DNA of 64,000 bases. Source: Chlamydiota bacterium. GTDB lineage: Bacteria > Chlamydiota > Chlamydiia > Chlamydiales > JAAKFQ01. Where the stretch lies: assembly GCA_011064725.1 (NCBI GenBank), contig JAAKFQ010000001.1, positions 1,650 through 65,649 of the forward strand, read 5' to 3'. This document shows, one piece after another, positions 9,186 to 19,059 of this stretch. A program made the position numbers and the translations under genes. Each line of letters begins with the position of its first letter. Positions within the stretch are counted from its first letter, which is position 1. The notes below the pieces were generated by a model that worked only from the letters and a program-made list of their open reading frames with translations, did no database searches and had not been told where the DNA came from.

Positions 9186-11395
9186 TATTGATCCAAGTTT
9201 GCCTTGCATTCAGTAAAGAACATACGCTCTTTATGTTCCCCTTTCTTGCCGATATTAAATGAAGATACAGGTCTAAAGTATCCCATGACCCGTGTCCACA
9301 CTTCACATTCTTGACGATCTTTATCTGGAATGAGGTATCCCATGACCCGTGTCCATCCTTCACATTCTTGACGATCTTTATCTGGAATGATTTGATCATG
9401 TTTTTTGTGAATTAATAATTCTTCATCGCATTTTGGACAAAACTGATGCTCCCCATGTAAATAGCCGTGCTTAGGGCAAATGGAAAATGTGGGTGTAATC
9501 GTAATATAAGGGAGTTTAAAGTTCTCCAAAGAACGACGCACAAATTTTTTACATGCATCAGAACTAGAAATTTTTTCTGTCATGTATAAGTGCAATACAG
9601 TGCCTCCTGTATATTTTGCTTGAAGTGCTTCTTGCTTTTCTAATGCTTCATAGGGATCATCTGAAAATCCAGCAGGGAGTTGTGAAGAATTTGTATAATA
9701 GGGATTCGTTGTGGTTCCTGCTTGAAGGATTTTAGGAAACCTTTTTTTGTCTTCTTTTGCAAAACGATAGGTGGTGCCTTCTGCAGGAGTAGCTTCAAGA
9801 TTGTATAAATTACCCGACTCTTCTTGAAAATGCACCATTTTTTCTCGAATGTGATCTAAAAATGAAAGCGCAAAATCTAACCCCCATTTTGTGGTGATAT
9901 TTTCTTTATCATCTGTAAAATTACGTATCATTTCATTAATACCGTTAACGCCAATTGTAGCAAAATGATTACGAAGCGTGCCCAAATAACGTTTTGTATA
10001 AGGATAGAGTCCATTGTCAATGAGCCGTTGGATGGTTTTTCTTTTCACTTCCAAGCTAGATTTTGCTGACTCCAAAAGATAATCCAAGCGTTGCATCAAA
10101 ACATCCTTATTTCCTTTAAAAAGATATCCTAGCCTTGCACAATTGATCGTTACGACACCCAAAGATCCTGTCTGTTCTGCAGATCCAAAAAGTCCATTCC
10201 CTCGTTTTAAAAGCTCTCTCAAATCTAGCTGCAAACGACAACACATAGAGCGTACCATACTAGGATCTAGATCAGAATTGATGAAATTTTGAAAATAGGG
10301 AAGGCCATATTTAGCGGTCATATTGAAAAGGAGATCTGCATTTTCACTTTCCCAAGGAAAATCTTTGGTAATGTTGTAGGTTGGAATAGGGAATGTGAAG
10401 ACGCGTCCCTTTTCATCTCCATTTGTCATCACCTCGATATAGGCTTTATTGATCATGTCCATCTCTTTTTGGAGATCCCCGTAGGTAAAGTCTACAGGTT
10501 TGCTTCCAATCATTGGCACTTGAGTGCGCAAATCTTCAGGACAGACCCAATCAAAAGTCAAGTTTGTAAATGGCGTCTGCGTCCCCCATCTAGATGGAAC
10601 ATTTAAATTAAAAATCAGCTCCTGCATGTTTTGTTTCACAACAGAGTAATCGAGATTATCGATGCGAATGTACGGTGCCATGTAAGTATCAAACGAGCTA
10701 AATGCTTGTGCCCCTGCCCACTCATTTTGTAATGTGCCTAAAAAATTCACAATTTGTCCCACAGCACTTGATAAATGTTTAGGTGGACCTGCCTCAATTT
10801 TTCCAGCCACTCCATTGAAACCTTCTGCAAGGAGCATTCTTAAAGACCATCCTGCACAATAACCTGCTAAAACATCCAAATCATGAATATGTAAACTTCC
10901 ATCTCTATGCGCTTCACCAATTTCATGAGAATAGACATGCGAGAGCCAATAATTTGCAATAATCTTGCCTGCCGCATTCAAAATCAATCCACCAAGAGAA
11001 TAGCCCTGATTTGCGTTGGCATTCACTCGCCAATCTTTGCGTTCTAAATATTCATTGACCGACTCTATAGAATCGATGACCACTTTTGTATCTTTTCTTA
11101 ACACCGTGTGTTTTTCTCGATACAAAATAAATGCTTTGGCTGTTTTGAAGTAACCTTCCTCAAAAAGCACCTGCTCAACTCTGTCTTGCACTTCCTCTTG
11201 AGTAGGAGTTTTTTCATAAAAATAGGCAATGACTTTATCTGTGAGCTTTTTTGCTACATCTTCGGAAAATGCTTGAGTAGCAATACCCGCTCTTAAAATT
11301 GCAGAAACGATTTTTTCTCTATCAAAAACAACTTCAGATCCATCTCTTTTCAAAAAGCTTTTCAATGACACTTCTTCTGCAATTTTATCGCTCAT
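9185..11395 (-). CDS. nrdD: Anaerobic ribonucleoside-triphosphate reductase (class III), with duplicated glycyl-radical motif
   Basis: N-terminal ATP-cone, a C-terminal Cys/His zinc-ribbon-like segment (CPKHG...CPKC), and the glycyl-radical signature TRVMGYFRPVSSFNIGKKGE. 736 aa. Confidence 0.9.
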   Translation of the reverse strand: MSDKIAEEVSLKSFLKRDGSEVVFDREKIVSAILRAGIATQAFSEDVAKKLTDKVIAYFYEKTPTQEEVQDRVEQVLFEEGYFKTAKAFILYREKHTVLRKDTKVVIDSIESVNEYLERKDWRVNANANQGYSLGGLILNAAGKIIANYWLSHVYSHEIGEAHRDGSLHIHDLDVLAGYCAGWSLRMLLAEGFNGVAGKIEAGPPKHLSSAVGQIVNFLGTLQNEWAGAQAFSSFDTYMAPYIRIDNLDYSVVKQNMQELIFNLNVPSRWGTQTPFTNLTFDWVCPEDLRTQVPMIGSKPVDFTYGDLQKEMDMINKAYIEVMTNGDEKGRVFTFPIPTYNITKDFPWESENADLLFNMTAKYGLPYFQNFINSDLDPSMVRSMCCRLQLDLRELLKRGNGLFGSAEQTGSLGVVTINCARLGYLFKGNKDVLMQRLDYLLESAKSSLEVKRKTIQRLIDNGLYPYTKRYLGTLRNHFATIGVNGINEMIRNFTDDKENITTKWGLDFALSFLDHIREKMVHFQEESGNLYNLEATPAEGTTYRFAKEDKKRFPKILQAGTTTNPYYTNSSQLPAGFSDDPYEALEKQEALQAKYTGGTVLHLYMTEKISSSDACKKFVRRSLENFKLPYITITPTFSICPKHGYLHGEHQFCPKCDEELLIHKKHDQIIPDKDRQECEGWTRVMGYLIPDKDRQECEVWTRVMGYFRPVSSFNIGKKGEHKERMFFTECKANLDQ
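9278..9391 (-). repeat. In-frame 57-bp tandem duplication (2 units) inside nrdD
   Basis: Units 9278-9334 and 9335-9391 differ at 4 nt. They encode LIPDKDRQECEVWTRVMGY and IIPDKDRQECEGWTRVMGY. Confidence 0.9.
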
Positions 11396-11539
11396 AATGA
11401 CTCCTCTTAGGCTTTTTTATATTTTTCTCAATAGAGGCAAAACACAACATCTTGTAGCACACGCCTCTAAACACTACTATATATTATATATTCGATTTTA
11501 AATTCAAGATTTTTCCAACACTTTAAACAATCTTCATCT

Positions 11540-12646
11540 TTACACATTTTGCTTCAGTGTTTTGTGTTTTTTTTCTGAAAAAAAATAGAACTGATTTAAC
11601 AAAAAATGATCCGCAAGAACAATGAAGCTCATCGCCTCAACAACAGGAACTACGCGCACAGCAATACAAGGATCATGTCTAGATTTTTCGGACAACTCCA
11701 ATGTTGTTGGCACATTTTGATAGGTGACTGTTTGTTGTGAGGTCTGAATGCTTGATGTAGGCTTGATAGCCACGCAGAATTCAAGAGGCATTCCTGTAGA
11801 AACACCGCCAAGCACACCTCCTGCATGATTGGTTGCTGTTTTCAATGTTTCATCAAAAGATTCCACTTGATCATTGTGTTCAGATCCTCTCATTGAAGCA
11901 CACTTAAAACCAGAGCCAATCTCAAATCCTTTGACCCCAGGAATGGACAGCATTGCTTTGGCTAAGTTTGCTTCTAGTTTATCAAATATAGGTTCTCCAA
12001 GTCCCATGGGCACATTGAAAACTTTCACCCCCACAATTCCCCCAACTGAATCCCCTTCTTGCTTGCATTTTTCAATCAGTTGAACTATTTCGATTTCTGC
12101 ATTAGGATCGGGACAACAAAGTGCACTTCTTTGGATATTTTCTATCCAATTATCATTGAGTTGAGTTCTTACAGAACCGATCTGCTTAATGTAGGCAACC
12201 ACTTGGATTTCTGGAATCATCTTTTTAGCAAGTGCGCTTGCTGCAACCCAAGATGCCGTTTCTCTGCCACTTGCTCTTCCACCACCTCTTGCGTCCACAT
12301 GTCCATATTTTTTGAAATACATAGCATCAGCATGACCTGGACGTACCACGTTTTTTACAGATGCATAAACACTCGAATCTGCATCTTGATTTTCAATAAG
12401 AATGCAGATCGGCTGGCCCGTTGTTTTTCCTTCAAACACACCAGACACAATTTGAGGCCGATCTTCTTCTTTTCTAGAAGAAACCAAATGTGAAAATCCA
12501 GGGCGGCGTTTTTTTAGCTCTTCAAAAATCTCTTCTTCTGAAATGTCGATATTAGCCGGACATCCATCAATCACAACCCCCATCATTTTTCCATGAGATT
12601 CGCCAAAAGTTGTGATCTTAAAAATATTTCCAAATGTATTTGCCAT
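11540..12646 (-). CDS. aroC: Chorismate synthase
   Basis: MANTFGNIFKITTFGESHG is the canonical AroC N-terminus. The start is taken at that ATG rather than the upstream TTG at 12673. Confidence 0.9.
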   Translation of the reverse strand: MANTFGNIFKITTFGESHGKMMGVVIDGCPANIDISEEEIFEELKKRRPGFSHLVSSRKEEDRPQIVSGVFEGKTTGQPICILIENQDADSSVYASVKNVVRPGHADAMYFKKYGHVDARGGGRASGRETASWVAASALAKKMIPEIQVVAYIKQIGSVRTQLNDNWIENIQRSALCCPDPNAEIEIVQLIEKCKQEGDSVGGIVGVKVFNVPMGLGEPIFDKLEANLAKAMLSIPGVKGFEIGSGFKCASMRGSEHNDQVESFDETLKTATNHAGGVLGGVSTGMPLEFCVAIKPTSSIQTSQQTVTYQNVPTTLELSEKSRHDPCIAVRVVPVVEAMSFIVLADHFLLNQFYFFSEKKHKTLKQNV

Positions 12647-12647
12647 A

Positions 12648-13130
12648 TCAAAACAATTTACTGAGTTTTTCAACTATACGAGATTGTGTCACATCCAATG
12701 TATAATCAGCAACGCTTGCATAGAGTTTTTCTCGTTTGCAATAGAGTGTATCAAAATTATGTTCATCTAAAAACGCAGGCCTATCTTTTTTTAGTTGCAT
12801 TCTTAAAACCTCTTTATCTCGCTTCAAATGAACACAAACCGTATGACCTGAAAACACAAAACCCGTCTCCAAACTCCCACCTCCAAGCGCAATGACTTGG
12901 CTGTTCGAAAAATCCAAATTTCGTAACACTTCAAGCTCAAAGGCACGAAAAAACTCTTCTCCCAATTCGGAATACAGCTCTCTTGGTGTTTTTTGATGTT
13001 TTTTTTCAAGCAGCTCATCGGTATCTACAAAAGGACAGCCTCTAACTTTTGCAATTTTTTTGCCCAATGTGGTTTTACCAACTCCCTTAAATCCCAACAA
13101 AATCAAGCTTTTTTTCAAAACAAGCTCCAC
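12648..13130 (-). CDS. aroK: Shikimate kinase
   Basis: P-loop GFKGVGKTT. 160 aa. Located inside the aro operon. Confidence 0.8.
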   Translation of the reverse strand: MELVLKKSLILLGFKGVGKTTLGKKIAKVRGCPFVDTDELLEKKHQKTPRELYSELGEEFFRAFELEVLRNLDFSNSQVIALGGGSLETGFVFSGHTVCVHLKRDKEVLRMQLKKDRPAFLDEHNFDTLYCKREKLYASVADYTLDVTQSRIVEKLSKLF

Positions 13131-14289
13131 ATTTTTCTAACCTTTCAATAAATTGAGGATAGGTTTTTTTCATACAATCGATATCTTTGATCTCAATATC
13201 CCCTACTCTAAGACCAAGCACGATAAAGCTTAAAGCCAGGCGATGATCCAAATAAGAATGACACACTCCTGATTGCATCGCACTTTCATACACAATAAAG
13301 CCATCTTCTTTTTCTTCGATGTTAGCTCCTAACTTCTTCAATTCTTTTGCAACACACGCAATGCGATCACATTCTTTAAAACGCGCAGATTTTGCATTGT
13401 AAAGTCTTGTTTTACCTTTTGCAAAACAGCCCAACACAGCAAGCTGGGGCAAAGCATCAATGAAAGGATCACAATCGATCTCGATCCCTTCCAATTCTGA
13501 TTTTTTAGCCACGACACTCTGTCCTTTTATTTCTATATCCCCCCCCATTTTCTGAAAACAGTCAATCAACTGTTTATCTCCTTGAGAGTCTGAAAAATCT
13601 AAATGCTCGATCTGAATAGACCCTGTCAAAAGCGCTGCTGCAATCGGATAACTTGCGGAGCTAAAATCTGTAGGAACAGTGTAGTCAAAAGCCTCAATGC
13701 TCCCTTTGGGATAAATAGTGATCTTTTTGTCCGTATCTTCATAGGGAATTTGCAAAAACTTGAGCCAAGACAAGGTCATTTGCACAAAAGGCTTTTCTTT
13801 TCTGTTTTTGATTGAAATAGTTTTGGGCGTTTTAAGTTTCAGAATTGCAAAAATGAGCGCCGATACATATTGTGAATCGCTCCCATCTATCTCAATTGTA
13901 TTTTTATGCAATTGCTCTAATGCTCGAAGCAGAGGCTTGATAGGTCTTTTTTTGAGGCTCAAATCGCCCATGATGATGGCTTTTTCATGAAAAAGCAGTG
14001 CTGTTAAAAGTCTAAAGGCTAGACCCGAATTGCCTACATCAAACACGCTATGTTTTAGATCAAACGCATTTGCACCTATAATTTCTAAACCCTCTTTGGT
14101 TTTTTCTATTTGAGCTCCAAATTGACAGCAGCATTTAATCAACAGCTCCATATCTTTAGACATGAGCACATTTTTTATACAACTTTTGCCAAATGCAATG
14201 GAAGCCAAAATCACAGCCCTTACAGAATGCGATTTAGAAGGTGGCACGCAAATGGTACCACGCAATGTGCTTGTTTTTACAAAAACCAT
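13087..14289 (-). CDS. aroA: 3-phosphoshikimate 1-carboxyvinyltransferase (EPSP synthase)
   Basis: PPSKSHSVRAVILAS near the N-terminus and LGNSGLAFRLL-type motif (VGNSGLAFRLL). Confidence 0.85.
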   Translation of the reverse strand: MVFVKTSTLRGTICVPPSKSHSVRAVILASIAFGKSCIKNVLMSKDMELLIKCCCQFGAQIEKTKEGLEIIGANAFDLKHSVFDVGNSGLAFRLLTALLFHEKAIIMGDLSLKKRPIKPLLRALEQLHKNTIEIDGSDSQYVSALIFAILKLKTPKTISIKNRKEKPFVQMTLSWLKFLQIPYEDTDKKITIYPKGSIEAFDYTVPTDFSSASYPIAAALLTGSIQIEHLDFSDSQGDKQLIDCFQKMGGDIEIKGQSVVAKKSELEGIEIDCDPFIDALPQLAVLGCFAKGKTRLYNAKSARFKECDRIACVAKELKKLGANIEEKEDGFIVYESAMQSGVCHSYLDHRLALSFIVLGLRVGDIEIKDIDCMKKTYPQFIERLEKCGACFEKKLDFVGI

Positions 14290-15611
14290 GTTTGATACTG
14301 CCTCATTGCTTGTTCAATAAAGAGTTGTTTGCCAGAAATCACCTGACATCCAGCTTGCCTTGCTACAGATAAAAGCGGCGTTGCTCCTTGCACAGCATCA
14401 ATAACAATCTGGCAATGCGACAAATCTTTTTCGCTTAATTCAAAAGCCTCTCCATGCATCCCCACAGACGTCGCGTTGATCAAAACATCGCATTTTTGTA
14501 AATGCTCCTTGAACTGCTCCAAAGGAAATACAGGTACACCAAATTTCTTTGCTTTTTCAACGCTGCGATTAAAAATCGTGACATCAGCTCCTTGTTTTTT
14601 CAACTGATGCACAATTGCTCTTGCCACACCTCCAGCTCCCAAAACAAATACAGATTTAGCCTTCAAATCCATATCCCCCAATCCATCTGTATTCGATCCA
14701 ATCAATCTGTGATTGCGAATCGTGATGGTATTCACAGCGCCCATTTCCAAAGCATCTTTTTCCACTTCATCTAAAAATTCAATCACTTTTTCTTTAAAAG
14801 GCATGGTGACAGAAAGCCCTTTAAAATCACTCAATCTTAATTGCTCAAAAAAGGATTTTAGCTCTTTTTCTTCTAATTGTATTTTTACATAACATGCATC
14901 CATCCCAAGTGTTTTATAAATGTGATTATGAAAAATATGACCCCGGCTGCTATCTACAGGGTTGCCTATTAAACCAAAAAGGTTTTTCTGATCTGAGAGA
15001 TGGTAGTGATTCAATTCGTCTATTGTGAGCTGTCCTGGCGCTGTTTTTGGAAATGACTCTACGCTCACATAATGGATTGGGTTGTGCATTTTTGAAGACA
15101 AAATACGTGTCAACTGCCCGCCGATCCCTACACTCAAAAGAATCAAACGCGGATCTTTTTTTTCATGCACAAATTGCAGCGCTTGCAGCGGTGTCACTTC
15201 ATTTAAAACACACTTAAATAGATCTGCATCTTTTGTCTGCAATTGAGCAATAACTTGCGTCAAATCTTCCAAAGAAACTCGATGCTTTGACACAATGACT
15301 TTTGCAGATTTTATAAGGGGAAACAAACGATCGAATGCTTCGAGTTCCAAATCTACCCAATCTGGTTTTAATTCAAGAAAGGGCTCGATATCCATATTCT
15401 TAAATGTAAAAAGAACAGGTGTTTTAACCAGCTGTTTTAATTGCTTCAATTCCTCGATAGTAATCTTGTAAAGATCTAAACGAAATTCCACAAGATCAAC
15501 ATTGGGTAAATGCTGAATCTGCTGATGGAGATCATTAAACGTAGGCCCTGGAAGACAGGCACATAAAAGCGTCTTTGATTTGCCTTTCGGTAAATTGAGT
15601 AGTTGTGTCAA
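14277..15611 (-). CDS. aroDE: Bifunctional 3-dehydroquinate dehydratase / shikimate dehydrogenase
   Basis: The N-terminal half resembles type I DHQase (VEFRLDLY). The C-terminal half has SNTDG and GAGGVARA (NADP site). Confidence 0.8.
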   Translation of the reverse strand: MTQLLNLPKGKSKTLLCACLPGPTFNDLHQQIQHLPNVDLVEFRLDLYKITIEELKQLKQLVKTPVLFTFKNMDIEPFLELKPDWVDLELEAFDRLFPLIKSAKVIVSKHRVSLEDLTQVIAQLQTKDADLFKCVLNEVTPLQALQFVHEKKDPRLILLSVGIGGQLTRILSSKMHNPIHYVSVESFPKTAPGQLTIDELNHYHLSDQKNLFGLIGNPVDSSRGHIFHNHIYKTLGMDACYVKIQLEEKELKSFFEQLRLSDFKGLSVTMPFKEKVIEFLDEVEKDALEMGAVNTITIRNHRLIGSNTDGLGDMDLKAKSVFVLGAGGVARAIVHQLKKQGADVTIFNRSVEKAKKFGVPVFPLEQFKEHLQKCDVLINATSVGMHGEAFELSEKDLSHCQIVIDAVQGATPLLSVARQAGCQVISGKQLFIEQAMRQYQTWFL

Positions 15612-16494
15612 AACACTCCCCTATTTTCTTTAACAAAATAAACTGCCCAAATCCTTTTTTATCATACTTCATTTTTTCAATTAAGAGCTCTATTGCAAAA
15701 GTTTCCAATTGAACATCTAGCCGATCAAACAATTGCAAAATGCGCTGCTTTTCATTTTGTTCTAGCGGCGATAATTGAGATGCAAACAACATTCCCATAA
15801 ACACAGCTTTTCCATGCGGAATTTGGTAACACGACACAGCTTCAATGGCATGTGCCAAAGTGTGTCCAAAATTCAAACAGTGACGATTTGCCCCATCAAC
15901 AAACCCTTTCTTTACTCCCAAATTCTTTTCGATGAAATATTTCAAAAAAGCTCTATCTTTTTCAAAAAGGCGTGAATAGTTAGATTCTATTTCCTCAAAA
16001 AACAGTGCATCCTTAATCAGTGCATGCTTGATGCCTTCTGCAAGACCATTGAAAATCTCTTGTTCACTTAACGTAACAAAAAAATCCATGTCGATCACAA
16101 TTTGTTTTGGTGAATAAAAAGACCCAATCAAATTTTTGCCAAAGGATGTATTGACTCCATTCTTTCCACCAAAACTAGCATCAATGCATGCCAGTAGAGT
16201 CGTTGGCACAAAAATCACATCGACACCACGCATGTACGTGGATGCTAAAAATCCAATCAAATCAAGTGTCATACCTCCGCCAATGGCAACAAATGTATAC
16301 TCTTTGCTAATCCCTTTTTCTAAAAGTCGATCTTCCAGCTGTTCTTTTGTTGCGCGCGTCTTGTTTTCTTCTCCTGAAGGAAAGACAAATACGGGCCCTA
16401 ATTTTGAAATTTTTTCTTGATAAAGCGCATGGATATTTTCATCGCAAAAGCAAATATATTTTTTGTTTTTTAGGCTTTCAATAGATTCAAACAT
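15535..16494 (-). CDS. aroB: 3-dehydroquinate synthase
   Basis: GGGMTLDLIGFLA, PTTLLA..DASFGGKNGVN and HGKAV motifs. Its 3' end overlaps the aroDE start by 77 nt. Confidence 0.85.
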   Translation of the reverse strand: MFESIESLKNKKYICFCDENIHALYQEKISKLGPVFVFPSGEENKTRATKEQLEDRLLEKGISKEYTFVAIGGGMTLDLIGFLASTYMRGVDVIFVPTTLLACIDASFGGKNGVNTSFGKNLIGSFYSPKQIVIDMDFFVTLSEQEIFNGLAEGIKHALIKDALFFEEIESNYSRLFEKDRAFLKYFIEKNLGVKKGFVDGANRHCLNFGHTLAHAIEAVSCYQIPHGKAVFMGMLFASQLSPLEQNEKQRILQLFDRLDVQLETFAIELLIEKMKYDKKGFGQFILLKKIGECFDTTTQFTERQIKDAFMCLSSRAYV

Positions 16495-16520
16495 ATGCTT
16501 GATACTAGCTCAATTTACAA

Positions 16521-17486
16521 TTGAAAAGAAAGATTTATTACTTTAAAATGGCGGTAATGATTTTAATTCTTTTGAACTTCTTTCTATGGTCAACAGTCTT
16601 TCCTTTAGGCAAAGGAACTTTGGATGTTACATCCCCCTTATTTCTGACCGCTACAAGAATGCTTTTTGCCGCTGTGTTACTTCTTGGATTTCTTGGCCTA
16701 ACCAGAGCAAAATCCTTTAAAATCAATGTTAAGCAATTCATCGGTATTGGCCTGCTTGGGTTTTTCAATATTTATCTTGTCAATATCTTGGAGTTTTGGT
16801 CTTTGCAATATCTCTCTAGCGCCAAAGTGTGCTTTTTATATGGCCTCTCACCCTTTTTGACCGCCTTTTTATCCCTCGTGCATTTCAAGGAAAAAATGAC
16901 CACGAAAAAAGCCTTGGGGCTTGGGCTTGGATTTTTAGCCTTTTTGCCCATTCTTTTTTTCCAAAGTGGAACCTCTCAAAGTTCAGTTACTAGCTTTTTA
17001 CCAGAGCTTGCCATGGTAGGCGCCGTGGTGTTTTCTTGCTACGGATGGATTTTGCTCCGCTCTCTAGTTAAGAAAAATGTGGCTTTTTCTATGGCCAATG
17101 GCACAAGCATGCTCATCGGAGGTTTATTCGCTCTTGTGCATTCTTATTTTGTCGATACTTGGAATCCTCTGCCTATGACAAACACAATTGTATTTGCCAA
17201 GGGCTTAATTCTCATGACACTTATTTCAAACGTGATTTGCTATAATTTGTATGGATATTTACTCAAGAAATACACAGCAACGCTGCTCTCTTTTGCAGGG
17301 CTTTTAAGTCCCATATTCGCTTCGATCAACGCCTACTTTATTTTAAACGAGCCGATGCAGCCACTCATTTTCTTCTGCACAGGCTTTATTCTCTTTGCGC
17401 TTTGGATTATCTATTCTGAAGAACTCAAACTCGGCTATATTGAAAAATCGAAAAGAGCTCTAGAGCGTGAAAAACTCAATGTTTAG
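16521..17486 (+). CDS. EamA/DMT-family transporter
   Basis: About 10 TM segments in two EamA-like halves. The start may be the internal MAVMILIL. Confidence 0.7.
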   Translation: MKRKIYYFKMAVMILILLNFFLWSTVFPLGKGTLDVTSPLFLTATRMLFAAVLLLGFLGLTRAKSFKINVKQFIGIGLLGFFNIYLVNILEFWSLQYLSSAKVCFLYGLSPFLTAFLSLVHFKEKMTTKKALGLGLGFLAFLPILFFQSGTSQSSVTSFLPELAMVGAVVFSCYGWILLRSLVKKNVAFSMANGTSMLIGGLFALVHSYFVDTWNPLPMTNTIVFAKGLILMTLISNVICYNLYGYLLKKYTATLLSFAGLLSPIFASINAYFILNEPMQPLIFFCTGFILFALWIIYSEELKLGYIEKSKRALEREKLNV

Positions 17487-17497
17487 GTCTGTTATTA

Positions 17498-17600
17498 ACC
17501 TGAGTTTCTAAGTTTAGTTTATTCAGCATCGCGAGGAGATTTCTCTTAAATTCTTGGGATTTTTACCGCAAGGAATGGTCAAAAGGCCATTCCTAAGATA
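17498..17600. mobile_element. Family-B MITE-like element, left arm plus central hairpin only (half copy)
   Basis: Aligns with the left two-thirds of the full copy at 49669-49830 (…gagatttcKcttaaattcttg…, then a hairpin aggaatgg/ccattcct at about 17571-17594). Preceded by TA. Confidence 0.7.
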
Positions 17601-17609
17601 AAAAGGGTT

Positions 17610-18983
17610 TTATTTCCAATGCTTTTTGGTCCAATGGATCACGAAGGGAAAAACACATCCTAGGATAATACCCGCAGTTAAAATGCCGTCAAAAACAAGC
17701 AAGCTCCCGACACTGAAATAGTCTGGAGGGAAAAAGCCGACGACAATGCCGAAAATAGAGGCAATGATTCCAAAAATCACACAGATTGCTATGCCGTAAT
17801 TTTTGAAAGGGATTTTAAAACCTTTGAGTTTACGCTTCTGCTTGATTCGGATCCACATCGCTGCCAAAAAAAGCAAAATGTACATGATTAGATAGAGCTG
17901 CGCTGTCATCACCGTCAGCATCCAAAAAGAACTATTCACAGAAGGCATGAATAAAAATACAGAAGATAGCACTGTCACGACAATGCCTTGAAAAATTAAG
18001 ATGTTTTTTGGGCTATTATGCTCATTCACTTTGTGAAATATTTTCGGCAGATTCCCATCTTGTGCGGCAACCAAAAGACCCCTGGATGGACCGATGATCC
18101 ATGTCGACACAGACGCAATGGCACCGACGATGATGAGTCCACCCATAATAGGTTCTAAAAATTCCATGTTATACGCTTTAAAAAATAGGGCATAGGCATC
18201 AATCACACCGCCAACTAGATTTAAGCGCTCTGGAGGAATCACACTTGCAATGGATAGGCTCCCCAAAGTATTGACCAAAAAAATCAAAATTGTGGACAGC
18301 AAAATCGCTCGCGGAAAGCTTTTATGGGGCTTTTTGACATCTTCTGCATGCACTACTGACATCTCCATTCCTACAAAGGAAAGGACAATACCAGACAAAA
18401 GCGCAAGCTGTGGCAAATCTTTAATATGAGGGAGCAGGGAAAAATTAAATTCCATTTCGATCGGCTCCTTGGCTAGATACCAGATAATACCAAGTAGAGC
18501 AATAAATGCTGTTGGCAAGAGGGTTCCAAACAAGGCTCCAAAACTAGAGATTTTTGAGCTCAGTTTAATGCCTTTTAGATTGATCCATGTCGATGCCCAA
18601 AAAACCACAAGCACCGTGACAAAGACAAACCACGCATTATGCGCCAAGTCCATCTTGAAAAGCGTTGCAAACGTGACGGCAATAAAGGATAAAATACTCG
18701 GGTACCAAAAGACATTTTCTAACCACTGTAACCAGATGGCTAAAAATCCCCATTTTTTTCCAAAAGCCTCCTTTACCCACAGGTAGACACCGCCGCCTTC
18801 CGGAAAATTGGTGACAAGTTCTGTACACACAAGCGCTACAGGAACAAAAAACATGATCGCTGCAAGCGCATAGAGCAAAATAAGGGAAAATCCATAGGTT
18901 GCAGCAAACGGCAAGTTTTTTAAACTCGCAATCGCCACAACGTTAATCATTGCAATAGCAAAGGGGCCAAGGGCTCTTTTCAT
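17610..18983 (-). CDS. APC-superfamily amino-acid permease/antiporter
   Basis: 457 aa, about 12 TM, APC-like N-terminus (AIASLKNLPFAATYGFSLI…). Substrate not inferable. Confidence 0.75.
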   Translation of the reverse strand: MKRALGPFAIAMINVVAIASLKNLPFAATYGFSLILLYALAAIMFFVPVALVCTELVTNFPEGGGVYLWVKEAFGKKWGFLAIWLQWLENVFWYPSILSFIAVTFATLFKMDLAHNAWFVFVTVLVVFWASTWINLKGIKLSSKISSFGALFGTLLPTAFIALLGIIWYLAKEPIEMEFNFSLLPHIKDLPQLALLSGIVLSFVGMEMSVVHAEDVKKPHKSFPRAILLSTILIFLVNTLGSLSIASVIPPERLNLVGGVIDAYALFFKAYNMEFLEPIMGGLIIVGAIASVSTWIIGPSRGLLVAAQDGNLPKIFHKVNEHNSPKNILIFQGIVVTVLSSVFLFMPSVNSSFWMLTVMTAQLYLIMYILLFLAAMWIRIKQKRKLKGFKIPFKNYGIAICVIFGIIASIFGIVVGFFPPDYFSVGSLLVFDGILTAGIILGCVFPFVIHWTKKHWK

Positions 18984-19059
18984 AAAGATATTTTTATCCT
19001 ATTTTCTAGATATTCGCAATGTTTTTTCCAAAAATATTGACTTGTGCTAAATTAAGTGG

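Noticed and set aside
11441-11490. Possible NrdR boxes upstream of nrdD (acacaacatcttgtag at about 11442-11457, and acactactatatatta at about 11471-11486).
   Set aside because: Only the first matches the remembered 16-bp palindromic consensus reasonably (about 12/16). The second is poor, and the spacing (about 29 bp) is not the typical ~31-32 bp. This is too weak to call without a PWM scan and knowledge that nrdR exists in this genome.
12059-12493. Antisense or overlapping ORFs in the six-frame track. Examples: 636..857, 1098..1313, 3252..3665, 8509..9072, 10289..10606, 12059..12493, 21535..21960, 35380..35805, 42627..43088, 56330..56874, 58311..58631.
   Set aside because: Each lies entirely within a longer ORF that carries clear family motifs. 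They have odd composition and no RBS or start context, so they are treated as shadow ORFs.
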